Assembly: GCA_963716945.1 (NCBI GenBank)
Contig: OY970322.1
Coordinates: forward strand, 600,001 to 632,000
Source of the DNA: Candidatus Saccharimonadota bacterium
GTDB taxonomy: Bacteria; Patescibacteriota; Saccharimonadia; Saccharimonadales; UBA4665
Length of the DNA stretch: 32,000 nucleotides
Direction of reading: 5' to 3'
The notes beneath the pieces are model-generated. The model worked only from the letters and a program-made list of their open reading frames with translations. It did not search any database and was not told the origin of the DNA. Shown one piece after another: positions 31,529 through 32,000 of the stretch (position 1 is the first letter of the stretch; the number at the start of each line of letters is the position of its first letter). Both the position numbers and the translations under genes were made by a program.

Positions 31529-32000
31529 TCAAATAGCGGGTTCAAGCAGCACGCCGTTCTTCGACACGGAGGGTTCGGTGCAGAGGTTGCGGTTCCAGCA
31601 GCAGGGGCGGCGTTTGCCGCTTTCGAGTTTCGAGCAGCCGACTTCTATGCGTCTCTGGCGGGTTTCGGACTTGCCGGTCGAACGTATCCAGCGCATCCAT
31701 TCCCAGCGGGCCATAGGCGTGATTTGCTGCCAGAGGTCCTGCACCCGTTCCGGGGCGGCCGCGAGGGCATTCTTCAAGTCGGCCGGCAGTTCGGGCTCGG
31801 GCCAGTCTTTCATCGGTTCGATTGCCAGCATTACCGTGTCACCGACATCGGCTTTGGCGTTTTTGAGCAGGCCGGCGTCGACCCTGAACCAGTGGCTTCC
31901 CTTGCCGTCCGGTTCAAGCGGGGTCTGGAAACGGAAGCCGTTGATCGTGCCCTCGACCATCGCCTGGCCGCGTGACGGCAGCTTGGCGCTGGCGCTCTCC
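31529..32000 (-). CDS. DUF1905 + YdeI/OmpD-associated family protein, 5' end probably beyond the window
   Basis: VEGTINGFRFQTPLEPDGKGSHWFRV (DUF1905 pattern), then DLKNALAAAP...W..ITPMARWEWMRWI. The frame stays open from 31961 to 31999 (ESASAKLPSRGQA upstream of the tracked Met). Confidence 0.7.
   Translation of the reverse strand, partial: ESASAKLPSRGQAMVEGTINGFRFQTPLEPDGKGSHWFRVDAGLLKNAKADVGDTVMLAIEPMKDWPEPELPADLKNALAAAPERVQDLWQQITPMARWEWMRWIRSTGKSETRQRRIEVGCSKLESGKRRPCCWNRNLCTEPSVSKNGVLLEPAI

Noticed and set aside
1-32000. Searched by eye for rRNA, tRNA, tmRNA, RNase P, CRISPR repeats, transposase/integrase genes and terminal inverted repeats
   Set aside because: None found. A covariance-model scan (tRNAscan/Infernal) would be needed to exclude small RNAs definitively.

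Overview
GC-rich bacterial chromosomal window with sharply AT-rich intergenic regions. It holds about 40 protein genes, mostly on the minus strand and often with overlapping stop/start codons. By eye I found no rRNA, tRNA, CRISPR array, transposase or integrase.

Layout:
(i) 1-4540: a two-component operon (OmpR-type response regulator, a 38-aa small ORF, a polytopic histidine kinase). Its kinase gene overlaps by 11 nt a long window-truncated ORF that is absent from the supplied track and carries both DxDDT and DDxxD terpene-synthase hallmarks. A Crp/Fnr-family regulator sits next to it. Both promoters carry the same 11-bp-spaced direct repeat.
(ii) 4668-10932: accessory secreted and membrane proteins. 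These include an S1-protease-fold protein with Ser in place of the catalytic His, a hyper-acidic 130-aa protein, a DUF2236/MpaB-like protein and a ricin-lectin + CHAP cell-wall hydrolase.
(iii) 11004-15297: an FMN-riboswitch-controlled riboflavin operon, ribE-ribH-ribBA-ribD, ending in a Cof-type HAD phosphatase.
(iv) 15330-21900: membrane and hypothetical genes plus a second Crp/Fnr regulator, flanked by two divergent intergenic regions with the same collinear motif layout.
(v) 21959-26919: pstSCAB, with a divergent AbrB-PhoU fusion regulator.
(vi) 26906-32000: hypothetical genes, three of them behind near-identical extended -10 promoters placed 7 nt from the ATG (predicted leaderless), plus a Gly-rich secreted protein.

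The best candidates for something new are the TCS/sORF/terpene-cyclase-like operon with its repeat boxes, the duplicated Crp-box modules, and the shared-promoter island. All functional calls rest on motif recognition by eye. No database search was run.
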